Shown here piece after piece: positions 11,157 to 25,384 of a stretch of 64,000 nucleotides of DNA. Position 1 is the stretch's first letter. Each line of letters opens with the position of its first letter. The notes under the pieces are model-generated. The model was not told the origin of the DNA. It was given only the letters and a program-made list of their open reading frames with translations, and did no database searches. The translations under genes and the position numbers were made by a program. This DNA is from Podarcis melisellensis. Lineage: Eukaryota. The stretch lies in the NCBI GenBank assembly GCA_964234715.1, contig OZ174280.1; one strand, given 5' to 3'.

Positions 11157-11424
11157 TTTAAGCCTTTCTGTTCCTGGCTGCTTTCTGCAGTTGGCTGCAA
11201 ACCTTTGCTTGGAGCTGGCTCTTTATTTCTTATTGAAGCATTTCCTTTTTCATGGAGTCATATGTAAGATGGGCCAACCTTATTGTGCCATTATGTGTCT
11301 GGAGAAGGAAAATTGGAGGAATGTCCACACAAGCATTTCCTGTTCCTTTCAAGAAACAAAATTCAGGAACCTGCAATGCCCATCCATCATTCTGGGGATC
11401 ATATTGGCACTTAAGGAATATTTG

Positions 11425-11836
11425 TGACCTTAAGGATCATCTAGTACAGCTTTCTTCAATGCAGGAATCTCACCTATGACAGATGGCCACCCACCCTCTG
11501 CTTAGAAACTTCAAAAGAAGCAGAGTCCACCACCCTCTGAGGGAGTCTGTTCCACAGTTGAGCAGCTCTTACTGACAGGAAGTTATTCCTGATTTTTACT
11601 CAGAATCTCCTTTCCTGTCACTTGAAGCCATTGATTCAAGTTGAGGTCCTACTCTCCATAGTGGAAGAAAACAAGCTTGCTCCATCTTCCATGTGAAAGC
11701 CCTTGAGATATTTGAAGATGGCTGTCATATCTCCTCTCAGTCTCCTCTTTTCCAGGCTAAACATACCCAACTCCCTCAGCTGTTCCTCAGGCTTGGTTTC
11801 CAGACCATGATCAGCTTGGTTGACCTCCTCCGTACA
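11425..11836 (-). mobile_element. CR1 LINE 3' fragment
   Basis: Minus strand encodes [36 protein letters not shown], the typical CR1 ORF2 C-terminus. Confidence 0.9.
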
Positions 11837-14800
11837 AATTTGTCTGCTTACGAGTGAGCAAGCAAGCACCCAGGTCTGTCTTCTATTTGTTACGCTGTCA
11901 TCTGCTTATCCAGTTAGCACATGATGAGTGCACCTCTGACCACGTGCAGAGCATGTGTCCTGCCCAACATGAATCAAGCTGGAGAAAAGCTCATTGGCCA
12001 CTTCTGGAGCAACCACTGCCATCCCCACTGTAACTCCCTTCCTTCCATGAGCAGCAAAGGCCATGCAACGCTTGGAGCCAGAGACCTCACCTGCCACTTG
12101 TTTCTTCCAGGCTGAGGTGACTCTCCAAAGGAGAGAGAAGAACCCCAGGGTAGGGACATTAGAGGAAGTGGGGTGGCAGTGCAGACATTTGCCCCCTATG
12201 ATAAAATCTGCAGCACTGGCACTGAGCCAGCCTTTTTCTCCTTGGGTTGCCTCAGATCAAAATATATCTGATACTGGGACCACCACCCCAGACTTGTACA
12301 TCAGGCACATGGTCAATATATGCATGCATGCATGTTCACAGATGTGTGTACATAAAGCTATTTTGTGTGATAAAGCTATTTTTCCTGTACTCATCCCCCC
12401 ACTTCCCTTTCTTGGTGTTACACATGAGTCAAATGCCTGAAGAGGACTCCTATTTATCCCGATTCTTTAACTTTCTCTGTGTACAACTAGGGAAAACCTT
12501 GATCAAATAAATATGTCTTGAATAGAATTTTCTATGCTTGGAAGGGAAAAAGATGGAGGGAGAGCAATGTACATGGCTTTTTCAGACCTACTGGCTGTAC
12601 TGAAATATTTAAAAAATACCTCAATAATTAATAGGGAGGCTGAGACACAGAGGAGATTCGCAACACAAATAAATTATATACAATACTTGATTCGAGATAA
12701 AACTTAATTTTGTTGGAAAAGATATATCTGAGCTTGAGTAGTTCAACAAATATTTAATTTAACTTCTGCTCCCTTTGTTATATCAGAGCTGGCTGTGAAG
12801 CAAAATTGGAATTGAAGCTCAGCATTTAAAAAAAAAAAAGGCGATAAAATATATATGATAGCCTGCTATCTATAAATACATTCCTTCTTCTAAAGAAAAT
12901 GATTACATTTACTCATGAAGAAGATAGGCCGGGAATGAAAAGACGCAACAGCATTTTATTTTTAATGGTGTGCATAAACATATTCATCAACCCAATCCTT
13001 AGATAGCACTTTCACATTTGTATTTTGAATCTTCTCAGCAACCAGGCTTAGCTTAGCAAAATGCAACCCCACCAAAGCTTTGTCTTTTTATGATTCTCAG
13101 CTAAAGTTTTTCCCTCCCTAATTAAATACTTTATAGCAGACCAAATGTTGCATTTATGGAAAAGGCAGTGTGCAATAAAAGACCGACAAAGCTTGAGTTG
13201 TGCTTTATTTTACTTCTTACAAGGTAGCCTTGATCTGTCTCTATATTCATAATGTGGCTTTAAAAAATATATATTTGCAGTTGCAGTTATTTGGGCCTCA
13301 AGCTCAGCCCTCCATGGGCATTCAGGGTTGCTAACAATATTTTGACATCGAAGCCAAGCATGAATTGCAGAAATATTTCCCGATAGAACTGCCCAGTTAA
13401 CTCTCAGCCACCAGAATTTGTCTGCTTGTCTTTCTACTTACTTGAAAGATTACACCCTCAACTTTTCAGCTCTAAAAACGGGTGATGAATTATATGGGTA
13501 AAATTAATTACTAATCAAAATGCAAAGATCAATTCAGTAACAATTAAAAAGAAATGAAAAAGTCAACAGATTCAAACAAGCAAAAGAAGAATAAGAGAAA
13601 TAAAGAACATCAATCAAACAGAAAAAAACTTAAAAGTTTCTGAAAAGAAAAGAAAAATCTTTAAGACCCATTTAGGATTTTAAAGATGAAAACCAGCACT
13701 TTGGAAATGGATCAGTAGCTTGCATAACAATGACTTTATATGCTTCAAAAACTTGGTGTAAGCTGACATTTCCAAAATCTACAAAAGCAGCTCTAGGCAG
13801 AAGATGTCACAGCAATCTGGTCTCCCATTTTGCCAGCACCTCTCTGGTCTAAGTAGGTAGGGTTGGCCACCTTTGGCCCCATGAATTCTTGCCCAGAAAC
13901 TTCTGTTGAAGCACAGTCTCTGGACCCTTCAAGGAATGACACGTCTCTCAGTGGAGCTCATCCTAGTCATCCATATTGAACAATAGCTTTATTTAATGCT
14001 CATTCTGAGATTCCATATTGCTATGGCAGATTTCTTGCATCAGCAGGTGTGGGTGGGTGGGTGTACTAGATGGTTTTCAACATCCCTTCCAACTCATTGA
14101 TTCTATGAAGTAACAGGTGAGCCTTCTGCCAATGTATCTCTGCCGTGAACCCTCTATGGAGCTCTCCAGGGTACTACTTGCATCATAAGCTCCTGCTTGC
14201 CTTGCTTTTCTTTAACTTACCTTGCTTTGAACCAATAATTTGCCATGCCTGCTTGCTTGCTTGCTTGACCCTTTGCTAAATTCTCACACTTTGCTCAGAA
14301 GCCTCACACTGCTGTGATAATTGTTTGGCATATAAAATAATGACACCCTCAGCTAATCATGACATCATAGAAGGACATTTCATAGGACCCTAGATGCTGT
14401 GATCTCATTAGATTGATGTTGCTAAAATGTAGCTATTCTTCTAATTTCTTTTTCACAATTGAATTGTGTTGCTATTCAGCTTTCTTGGACATCTCCAGCT
14501 CAAAGTATTAGACATTGATTTATATCCTGGAAATCTGGAGTCCAGCTCAGATTGCAGCATGGCCTAAGACTTAAATTCACAGTATGTTAACCTTTTGCAC
14601 ATACAACACTTGATTCAGAAATGGAATCCAAGTGTGATTTGTCCTTACTGGCTTTGAGAATGCATCTTCCTTTCTGGATTGACCAAAAAAGTTGAACTAC
14701 GTGCAAGAAAAATCACTCCAAGTGTTGGTCATTGACCAGCCCTGCAGCAATCCATTTCAAGTATTATGATATTGTATTTGTATTTAGAATATTTGTCAGT

Positions 14801-16369
14801 TGCATATGTTGCACAGTGATTTATACACTGCCATTTCACTAAATAATTGCTTAAAGGAGTATAACTCTGGGATAGGAATAGGGGTATCCTAACAACTCTT
14901 AGCATCCTTAACAAACTACAGTTCCCAGAATTCTTTGGGGGAAGCCATGACTCTTTAAAGCGCTTTAAATGAATGGTGTCAATATGGCCAGTATGCTCAT
15001 CTTCTATAGTAGCAAGGAAGCAAAGCCCAAACATGATTTCACAAGTCTTTTGACAAGCAACATAAGCTATTGGGGATTGTTTGTCCTTTCTGCATTTAGC
15101 AAAAAGTTGCAGTTTTATTTAAATTAGCATTTGACAAAGTACGGTAAGTTTTCACAAATAAACTCATCACCTCCAAAACCAACTTCCCCTCCCTCCCCAC
15201 CTGTACACATCTATTTTGCAAAAATCTGTCATCACTGATTAAAATACAAAGTTTGCCTCCTAGGCTAAAATTAGCATATCATTTTAAATGTCTGGCATTC
15301 AGGTCTGAAAAAGAACAGGCCATTTATTTCAATATTATTGCCCTGTCCCTTTAGAAGGGGCATCCATTATGGCCAATTACTGGTTAATTGGGGCTCATAA
15401 TTCAAACACTCGCTGCTTAGAAATTGAGAAATCATTATATTTGATTCCACTGCTGTCTGTGAGATCTCAAAACCCTTTAATCAGGAAATAAGTCACATTT
15501 GTAATGTGAATTCTATTTTTGCTAGTTTAGCAACAATGATGCAGTAAATCAGCAGCGGTAAAATTTAGCTGTGCAAGAAGCATGGAGCTCATGTGATGTT
15601 GAAGTTGCTTGTAATGCAAATAGCTAAACATGATGAAGCCAGAAATGCAAGATATTAGCCCTCCTTAGACATTTCAATTATGTAAGCACAATTATGTAAG
15701 CACATATGGGGCTAGAGGCATGGACACACTAGGTCCATTCCCCTCTCTGCCATCTCTGTTGGCTTTTAATTCATGGTAGGTGATCTTGTGAAGCAGGGAG
15801 CCTCCTCTGCTTCTGAAAGCACCCCGTGCATATTGGAACCTTGATATTCCAGGGGTCTAAAACACACATGAGACTCCACAATCCCCTCACTTCAGAAGGT
15901 CACCTATCAAAAATTGGAAGGAGAGGGGAGGGGAGCTAGTTGGCTCATGTCTGCACAGGTAACATCTGAAGAGGGTGTTAAAGACATAAAATGATATGAC
16001 TGGATGCACTGTATGTAAAATGCTATGCAGAGAGCATTGCATTAGACATGAGTTTTGTTTGTAGCAAATGCTTTTTCCAGTAAAGCTTTGTGGTGGAGAG
16101 CAAATTCATTTCTACTCTGCGCAAGTTCCAGATCAAGGATTCCATTCCAGCATCTCTAAGATAGGTTTAGTATGTTTTTTTGGGGGGGGTTGAGTTGAAT
16201 GTTCTGGATTTCTCCTTTGCTTCATCTTTCTCTGAAGAACATATGAGCGTGCATCAGAATTGAAATTGTTCTTAAGAGGTTGTTATTCTTTGGTAACTTG
16301 TTTGCCTTCAGAAGGAGGGATGAGATATTTATTTATTTATTTATTTATTATCAGTAAATAAGGTCATTG

Positions 16370-16752
16370 GAAGAACACATTGTTTCAGGCCCGTGGCTCA
16401 TCTAGTCCAGCAACCTGTTTGCACAGTAGCCAGATGCCTATGGGAAACCTGACTGGAACAATACTCTCCCTTCCTGTGGCTTCTGATAACTGATATTCAG
16501 AAGCATTGCTGGTTCCAACAGAGGAGGTAGAACCTCGTCATCAAGGTTAGAAGCTGATATCCACCCTCCTTTATCTTAAGCTCATTATACTAGACCTTCG
16601 GCGTGGGGTAGGTGAGAAAAAGATCTCACCCTCATCTTTCTGACAGCTCTCTGAGGATTTGAAGAGTACTCAGTCTTCCCGTCTCAAGGCTAAGTTCCTT
16701 CAGCCTTTCTTCATAGGACTTTTCTGACAATTTTTGTTGTTCTCTATTCCAG
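16370..16752 (-). mobile_element. Degenerate CR1 3' fragment
   Basis: Shares catctagtccagca / ccagatgcctatggg / caactg.tattcagaagcattgct motifs with 21538-21760. Confidence 0.6.
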
Positions 16753-18897
16753 CATGAGCTCCATCTCATATATAGATGAATGGCTAGAGCTTTGCCCTCT
16801 AAAATCAGTGGGAAATTCTTTGCTGCCTTTGAGGCACCAACCTAAGCTCTCTTTGGCTTTGTCGCTTGATGAAGTTCCACATTCAGAGTGTGGAGACAAA
16901 GAGCCACCTTCAAGTATTGTGCTGGGGAAATCAAACCCATCAATGAGGCCGAGGGCAACAACTAATTTTTAAGCTTCACTCCGGGAGAGCATTTACTGCA
17001 TTGCTGTGCACTTTGTGGCCATAATTAGAAGTCAAATTAGCTGGAAGATGCTCAGGTGTTACGGCAATCTCTGCAGAGAAATAAACTAGATGAGGACAGA
17101 ACAGAGCCAAGAAGTAAGGAAATTACATTCACGGTTTTCTAAATGCAGGTAATAAAAATGGTTCATGCCAGGTTTCAGAGGAGTATGTGGGCATGGCGCA
17201 GAGAGAGAGGGACAGAGGAAGAGAGAGAGAGGCAATGAACTGCATGCACAGCTAGAGCATTACGTATATATTGCTTTGCAGCTGTTGCTTCTGCCAATCA
17301 AATGTGTTCCTTTTTAAAATTTAAACCACCATAGCTCATCTCTTCAGCAATGGGAATTGTTGCAGAGAAAGTGAGATCAGAACTTATACTATGTGCATGA
17401 TTCTGTTCCCGGCATATGAGCATACCATACTTTGGATCTATGTGCTGGTCAGGTTTTTGTGGTATCACCAGGGATTGCCCATACACTTGCAAGCACATCG
17501 CTACAACCACGAAAGAGCAAGAAACATTTTAAATATGAAAAGTAAGATAAGGAAGCAGTTGAATTCTGAACCCAGTTGCACATGCTGCACTGCCAGGAAC
17601 TCCTACAGTCATAGTGTTGGGAGAGACTTAAAAGTTGATTTCGATGAGGTGTGTGTGTGTGGGGGGGGGGGGGGTGCAGCAAATATGTTTGTGTCTTCAG
17701 TATCTTTTAAAAACCCACCACCCATCTTGAATTCCCTTTGCCTCGAGTATTTCTCATAATAAAATTCCATTTCATTCTTTCTTAACTTATTGGAATCAGC
17801 TACCTGGGCATGTGATACAGCTACCTATACTTGTTTTTAAAAGTTTATTAATCCTTTATCATTGTTTTTAATTATGATGCTTTGGTGCATATTAGTTTTT
17901 AACTGGTTTGCAAATTTAAGCTGTGCTTTATCTACAGTTTTCCTTGCCCACCTCTTGGGCAATCCAATGTAAGGCTGGAGTAAGCTCTAAATTCTTTTCT
18001 CTCTCTCCTTTACTTCATACTGTGGAGTTTTCAAGAGCATTCGGCACCATTTGTCAACAATGCTGCAGAGAAGGAGAAAAGCCCATAGGGCTCCCTCACC
18101 AGGACTAAATCTTTAGACAGGCAGTTTACTGAAGCTCAATTTAAAAACACGATTCCTCTGGATTATTGTCATGACTGTGGGCTGTTCTCAGGGCAAGTGG
18201 AATAACAACTTTCAACAACTTTACTTTAACTGATATATTTCTGCAGAACCATTCTTTAAGGAAGTCAGCAAGCAGGTTGAATTCTCCAATCAACCTAGTC
18301 TCCTATGTGGAAAAGAAAAGAATCATGAATGAAAAAACGATGGTAAAGAGCCGGCAAGATGCCATTCTGTTGGTTTTTTTGTTTTTTGTTTGTTTTTTAA
18401 TGCACTAGGCAGCAGCAGCCCGTCATTCATTTTTCATCCCTGTCTATTTGTTACATCAACAATTCTTTTGAATGGAAGGAGATTTGGCACAACACACACA
18501 CACACCATAGCCGCTGGGCTCTTGATGCATTCAGGAATCATTGCTCATCTTCTTCTTCATCTTAACGTGACACAAAGGGGCTGTCAAGGTTCCCCTAATA
18601 AATTAGGACTCTTGGTGATCTATGGCAGGAAGTTGTGGAAACACATTAATATTAAAATCTGTGTCATCTAGGAAAAGTAACCACTGAAAAAGTTGTCAGT
18701 TTAATTACTCACCTGAAAAGCAAGGCCAAAGAAAAACACTGAATATTTGTCAGCGGGCAAGTGTCTACGAGGAGAGAATTTTTTAAAGCCTAAGTGGCTT
18801 AAATGGAAAACTTGACTGCAGTAATTTCGCATTCGGATGAGGCCAAGGCACCCCAGTTCATAAAAGCATAGAGTTGCAGGCTACGCAAAAGGAAACA

Positions 18898-19073
18898 GTA
18901 AGACAGGAAACTACCTTAGCAATTATTTGCCAGTCATTCAGTTGGTCCAGCTAGCTCAGTATATTTACATTGACTGGGAGTGGTTCTCCATGGTTTTAGG
19001 CAGGGGCTTCTCCCTCCCTGGAGATGCTGGGGATTGAATCTGTGACCTTGCTGTACCACTGAGCTACAGCCCT
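18898..19073 (-). mobile_element. tRNA-derived SINE with CR1-like tail
   Basis: Minus-strand head gggctgtagctcagtggtacag and B box gattcaatcccc. Confidence 0.65.
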
Positions 19074-19084
19074 TGCAGAGCTAG

Positions 19085-19290
19085 GCTGGGCACCCAACAG
19101 ATGGCTGTCCAGCCTATGCTTGAAGACCCCCAATGAGGAAGTCCCTACCACCCCTCTTGGCAATTGGCCCCATCGCCAAACTGCTCTTACCATCAGGAAG
19201 ACTCTCCTATTGGTTCAACTAAAATATACCCTCCTGCAGCTTTAATCCATTTGATCTAATCGTTCTCTCTGGGGCAGCAGGGAACAAGTT
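19085..19290 (-). mobile_element. CR1 fragment
   Basis: Minus strand reads MVRAVWRWGQLPRGVVGTSSLGVFKHRLDSHL, the CR1 ORF2 end. Confidence 0.75.
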
Positions 19291-20066
19291 TATCAGCAAT
19301 CTACTCCCATCCTTATTACTGGAGATAACAGAACACATAGATCTTGATGAAACCCTTGCTCTAGTAGTGAATCTACTTCTTTTTTATCAAACCTGAAGTC
19401 GAGGTACTTGTTTTTCATTCATAAAGCATAAGGGGAGAGAGGAGGGAGGGAAGAAGAGGGAAGAAATAGCTGAGGTGGGGAATGCAATGATTCAGGTACA
19501 CAAATTATATGATAGCGTAAACAGTAATATTTATACTTGTGTCTTTCTTTGTTGGGAAGGACGTACATTTCCAGCAACTGTTTGGGAGTTTTTCTTTCTT
19601 CTTCCTGTGCAACAATTATGTTCAAAATTATGCCCCCCTCCCAGTCAACTGCTGAACTCCATCTATGTTGGGAACAAGCTGGTGGGTGAAGAATATTGCA
19701 CCAGGAGTGGTGGTGGTGGGAAACAAATAAACCTTAGCTGATGGTTGAATTGGGACTCAATGGCCATCACGGGGAATGGAGCCCACTCTGAATCATGCCA
19801 AATGGGTTCAGGCCCAAGAAGACACCAGAGGGCTCCCCAGAAGACCCTAGGAATGGGTGGAGACTGCTGTGGAGGCGGCATGATGGGGTGGGGAAAACTG
19901 CCAAGGAGGTGGCAGATCTGGCTTCCGAGGAGCCCACTGAAGCTGCTTTTGCTACCGTGATAGCAGATGATGTGTTTCTTGGAGGCCAGATCTGCTGCCC
20001 CTGTGGATCTTGCCACCAGGACAATTAGCTCACCTTGTCTCATGGGCAGGCCAGCCCTGGCATGAA

Positions 20067-20242
20067 GGCCCATAGCTCAGTGGTCGAGCATCTGCTGTGC
20101 ATGCAGGAGGTCCCAGATTCAACCTCTAGCATCTTTCAGTAGGCTTGGGAAAGGGCCCTGCTACACACCCTGGAAAGATGCTGCCAACCAACCAGTGTTG
20201 GCAATATGGACCAATGATGTAAAGCAGTTTCCTATCTTCCTA
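20067..20242 (+). mobile_element. tRNA-derived SINE with CR1-like tail (other copies ~46015-46185 -, ~50470-50660 -, ~56544-56645 +)
   Basis: Head ggcccatagctcagtggtcgagcatctgctgtgcatgcaggaggtcccagattcaacct, then a non-tRNA body ending gcagtttcctatcttccta. Confidence 0.7.
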
Positions 20243-20636
20243 CGTATATAAATGTGTGTTCCTCTGGCAATTGGAAACATCCTTTTTAAAGCAAAATTTG
20301 TGATTCAATAGTTGCTCAGTGTCAGCATGCTGCTCTTTTGCTTTTTTGGCCTTTTGCAGTTTTTAGCATTGTTAATACATGTTATAATGATTGAGTTATC
20401 GTTGCTTTAATGCTTGCTATTATTGGTAGCTGCCTTGAGAAATTCATTTGTGGAGGACAAAAGAGGGGTATATACATTATTAAGATAAATAAAAGAAGGT
20501 ATGGAATTTACCAGTGCAAGAAATGACAACAGTTACTACTGCATACAGTAAGGTGGGATATACATTGAAATATAAAAATAAATAAATAAATACTCATCAA
20601 GCCAATTCTTATATCCCATTGTTCTGGTTCCCAAAT

Positions 20637-20735
20637 GTTGTTGTTGTTGTTGTTGTTCTTTAGTCATTTAGTTGTGTCTGAGTCTTCATGACCCCATGGA
20701 CCAGAGAATGCCAGGCACCTCTGTCCTCCACTGCC
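20637..20735 (-). mobile_element. Bov-B (RTE) LINE, 99-bp 3' tip
   Basis: Reverse complement of the Bov-B 3' end with an (AAC)n tail. TSD tcccaaat (20629-20636, 20736-20743). Confidence 0.85.
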
Positions 20736-21537
20736 TCCCAAATATAGACAATTAAAAATGAGACAGTGGACCCAATAGTGTCTGTAAGACCACCCAGTTA
20801 CCTATATGTGTGGGCTTTTGAGTGATTGATTTTTCAGATTTTTTTTTATAAAGTTTCAGTATGTTTTGACAAGATTCATTATTATTTTTTCAGATACAGG
20901 AGAATAGACACTTGTTACCTATGTTGAAGGAAGGATATTACTCATCTTCCCAACTTCATGAAGTGTTGAATTGCAAAATTCACAGGAATGCTAGCAGCAT
21001 TTGTCAAATAAATCAAAGTATGGTCTTTGAGATAAATACCCTTCATACAGACTCTGTCCGACAGAATGAAGGCAGACATATGAGACAGGGAATCTTCAGA
21101 GTCATTAGTAACATTAGAGAGACTCAGAAACATAGCCTTTCTTTCCAGTATATGTATTCATTATCCACCTTGATGAGGAAGCAGATGTTAAATACCACCC
21201 CTCTCTCCCCACCCATGGTCTCATCAAAATATATTATCTTCTCTGAGAGTTTGTTATAGGTTTTTAATAATTTAGCACAACTGATCTTACCATTGCATCC
21301 AACACCATAATGAACCTCATCCCAGCTGTTCAGAAGCATCCTTATGTGAGCAACTGGATGATAGAGATTGCTTTTGTGCCTCCTAAGACACTAGTAAGAT
21401 CAAGGGTTCCACAGAAAGGGATGAGGAAGTAGAATTTCCATTCTTGCTGAGCTTTCCCTTCCTCTTCTCTTATAGAATCATGTAACAATAAATATCCAGA
21501 GGGAAGAATAGATGATACATCAAGACATTAATATCTG

Positions 21538-22120
21538 GACATAAGAAGAACCTGAGGGATCATCTAATTCAGCATCTTGTTCTCACAATGACCAGCCAGA
21601 TGCCTGTGATATACCTGATAGTAGAACCTGTGCACAAGAGCACTCTTTCCCCTGTGGTTTCTTGCAACTGGTATTTGGAAGAATTGCTGCCTCTGACCAT
21701 GGAGACAGGACATAGCCATCATTGCTAGTAGCCACCAGAAGCCTTACTCCTCATGAATCTGTCCAATCCTATTTGAAAGTAATCCAAGTTGCTGACCAGC
21801 ACTGCTTCCTGAGAGAGAGCAAGCTCCACAGTTAAACTATGTGCTGTGTGAAGAAGTAGTTTATTTCATCTTCTAAAATTCAACTTCATCGGATGTCCAT
21901 CAGTTCTAAAGTTATGTGAAAAGGAGAAAAACTATTTTCCCATCCAGTTTATCCATGACATGCATAATCTTATTATGCCACCTCTTACCTTTTCTCTAAA
22001 CGAAAATGTGCCAAACACTCCGCTCTTTCTTCATAGTCACTCCATCCCCTTGATAAAGTTGATCAGCCTTTTATGAACCTTTTCCAGCTCTGCAATATCC
22101 TTTTGGGGTGAGGCAACCAG
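21538..22120 (-). mobile_element. CR1 LINE 3' fragment (second subfamily)
   Basis: Minus strand SPQKDIAELEKVHKRLINFIKGME, followed by 3'UTR. Confidence 0.8.
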
Positions 22121-22401
22121 GCACTGAAACTTTCCACAGGAGCATTGTGAGTAGGTGGAGAGTGCACCAAGAGCACCACAGCCACTCACCATGGCTGCAA
22201 TGCCATTCCCACCCAAACAGTGTGGGGAAAACCTGGCCACATCTCTCCCCTCCAAAGAGGACTTGTGGGGGGGGGGTCAGCTGACTGAAGGGGCCAATCA
22301 GCAGGAGGATCAAAGCTGGCTGGTATAGGATTGCTCCTCCCCAAGCTATCCAGTCTGCTCTTTGCGGCATCCTCCCTCCCTCTGCAGTATGGGCTTGGGC
22401 T

Positions 22402-22643
22402 AGTCACCTGGTGTAGTGGTTAAGAGCGGTAGACTTGTAATCTGGTGAACCGGGTTCGCGTCTCAGCTCCTCCACATGCAGCTGCTGGGTGACCTTGGGC
22501 TAGTCACACTTCTTTGAAGTCTCTCAGCCCCACTCACCTCACAGAGTGTTTGCTGTGGGGGAGGAAGGGAAAGGAGAATGTTAGCCACTTTGAGACTCCT
22601 TCGGGTAGTGATAAGGTGGGATATCAAATCCAAACTCTTCTTC
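22402..22643 (+). mobile_element. Young tRNA-head/CORE-type SINE with L2-like tail (Squam3/POMSINE-like)
   Basis: A box tggtgtagtggttaag, B box gggttcgcgtc, core gggtgaccttgggctagtcac, tail ccactttgagactccttcgggtagtgataaggtgggatat...ctcttcttc. Confidence 0.75.
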
Positions 22644-22763
22644 AAAGGCGGAGTTTTTAAATAGGCCATGGACTCTCTATTTTTGCCTATGTCATACTGT
22701 TGGGAGCATTATGTTCAGAGTAGCATTGTTTTTGCTTGGTTTAACTGGTGGTTAGCCTGGGCT

Positions 22764-23143
22764 TCTTTTGATGCTTTTGAATTATGGTGCTGCAGGAGAC
22801 TCTTGAGAGTCCCATGGACTGCAAGAAGATCAAACCTATCCATTCTTAAGGAAATCATCTCTGAGTGCTCACTGGAAGGACAGATCGTGAAGCTGAGGCT
22901 CCAATAATTTGGCCACCTCATGAGAAGAGAAGACTCCCTGGAAAAGACCCTGATGTTGGGAAAGATGGAGGGCACAAGGAGAAGGGGACGGCAGAGGACA
23001 AGATGGTTGGACAGTGTTCTCGAAGCTACCAGCATGAGTTTGACCAAACCATGGGAGGCAGTGGAAGACAGGAGTGCCTGGCGTGCTCTGGTCCATGGGA
23101 TCTCGAAGAGTCAGACACGACTAAACGACTAAACAACAACAAC
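22764..23143 (+). mobile_element. Bov-B (RTE) LINE 3' fragment
   Basis: Encodes DAFELWC.RRLLRVPWTARRSN...MRREDSLEKTLMLGK. (AAC)n tail. TSD agcctgggct/agtctgggct. Confidence 0.95.
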
Positions 23144-25384
23144 AGTCTGGGCTGCAAAGACAGATTGAGAGTGATGCAGGGCCGCCATCTTGTCCTCAGG
23201 ATTGTGCCTGCTGCCGCAATGCAGACATGCAGGCATGTGCATGTGATGCCGCACATTCATGTTGCGGTGGGTGGTGGCAACTCCTCTTCTTCCTGCTATC
23301 TGCAGCCAGTGGGGCACCCTTTTCCATGGGGAGGGCCTCATGCTTCTGCATCAGAGCTCCACCCCCTGGAAAAAAGTGCCTTGCTCATGGATCTGAACCC
23401 CTTCTCTCTCGGAGGCAGCACCACTGCCACCTGCCGGCTTTTTCCATTGAATTTGTGGGTGCCCAGACTCCACAATTATATTATAGCACCCAAGGCCCCC
23501 TGAAGTTGGTTCCTATGGAGTGATGTGGTAATCAAAGGCAGCACTATTGAATTAAGGGCGCTCTTGGCCACCCTATGCTTTGCAACAATCATTAGGGGTG
23601 CCCTCATTCTTGGCATGTGTTCTGGGGTGAATGCTGAGCCAGAGGGGCTATGAATTTGTCAAGTTCATATACCCAACATGCTCAGAGCAAGGAGGAGGGG
23701 TTCCTTCCAATCTGTTTCTCTGACACCACAGACTGTGCCTGCAAACATGCTCATGAGTAGGGAGGTTCTCAAATTATCCAGATTAGGAAGTTTCCCTGAC
23801 TGGACTATATTTAGATTTGGTTAATCAAGTTATTGTTGTTGTTATTTGCAGATCCTCAAAATTGTTATATTTTAATAAATATCACCATCACTCAAAGTTT
23901 GTGTCTTGAATCTAATTTGTTGGCAAAAACCCTTTAAGTGGAAAAGTGATGAGAGAAGTCTCTGTTATTAGCAGTTTGGGGAGAAAAAAACCCTTATCTT
24001 CTCCTGTGCCCCTGAAGACTGGAACTCCCCCCTGTTTTCATATCCCTCAGTAACTGAAAAAGAACATTTGGCACAATACAATAGTTCCCTGCATCTGTTT
24101 TGCATCTAGATTGGCAACGGGACAAGAGGGAGGTGTTATCTGTCCTGGGGCAAGGTATGACTCACTCTTGTACTTTTGCTGATCCATAACTTCAAATATT
24201 TGAACAGGTGAGGCTAAGAGTTATTCATATACCTAAGCTTGGAATGACAATGCAAGTTCTTTGTCTCTCCTGTGGATCTGGATATTTCAAATAATTAGAA
24301 TCACACAAAATAATCTGATACCTGCTCTGGTTAGAGAAAACAATTGCTCTCCAGTCGGGCTATGAATATTGCATCTGGTCTTTAAAACAAAACAAAACAA
24401 AAGGTGGTGAAAACAACAGCAACACAAAAACTGTGAGCATGACATCCTTTCGCATGAATTTCTACCATTATCACTTAGCACTGTGAGTACAGCAAAGATG
24501 CATCAAATGGTTTAAGTGGAAAGCAAAAAAGGAATTAGGACAAGCAATGATGTGGCAATTTATAATAGCTGGAAATTTCTCAGACTCACAAGAATCAGGC
24601 ACCTACTGTAATTTAGGCCACTTAAAGAAACACAATCGGTGTAGGATGAAAGAATTTCATAATTTTAATGCTGAACATTAAACACAGTCTTCCAAAGTAA
24701 AAACTGTCACTCATGAGGATAATTAATGATGACTTTGTACAAATGGAAGGTTAGGAAAGCAAGCTAAACACGCAGTGCAATGCAATTTGTGAATTCTTAA
24801 CTCCAATAATTACATAATTGGAGCATATAATAATCCTTGTCAGAGGAAGGTATTTTCTTCCTTTTTTATTTCATGCATCTGCTTCTCTCCCCACCCCCCA
24901 CCCGCCGGCAACCCTTGCTAATATTGTGGATTCATTTTCTAGCTGAAGAAATTCCAAGTGACAAAAGGGACAATGAAACGGCTGTTAAATGGTCAAATAT
25001 TTGATTTAATTCCATTTCCTTTGGAGAAGAGGAGTTGTTTGTTCTGCCAGCGTCTGACAATAATTTAATTTAACTGCACAATAACATTTAGAAGATCATT
25101 AATATTTGATTACTATATGGCATCGTTATAGCTGTGTCATGTCATTCCTATTCTTTCTTTTTAATTATTGGCTTTTTTTGAAAAGAAAAAAATGTATTAT
25201 CCATTTCAGAGGAAATGGATGCTCGTCATAAACAAATGATTTAAATTGCTTTTAATGCTATCATTCATTCTTCTTCTGTTACAGATTGATTTTAAAAGGA
25301 CATGAACTCCTGCTAGCAAGATGCTCACCAAATGATGGTAATGTATATTGAAGTGCAATAAGCAAAACAAGCCGCAATAATGCG

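Noticed and set aside
20067-20140. tRNA-like sequence
   Set aside because: The acceptor stem does not close and it continues into a SINE body found several times in the window, so it is not a tRNA gene.
22865-23503. Longest ORF in the window (212 aa)
   Set aside because: Off-frame read through Bov-B and its (AAC)n tail into flanking DNA.
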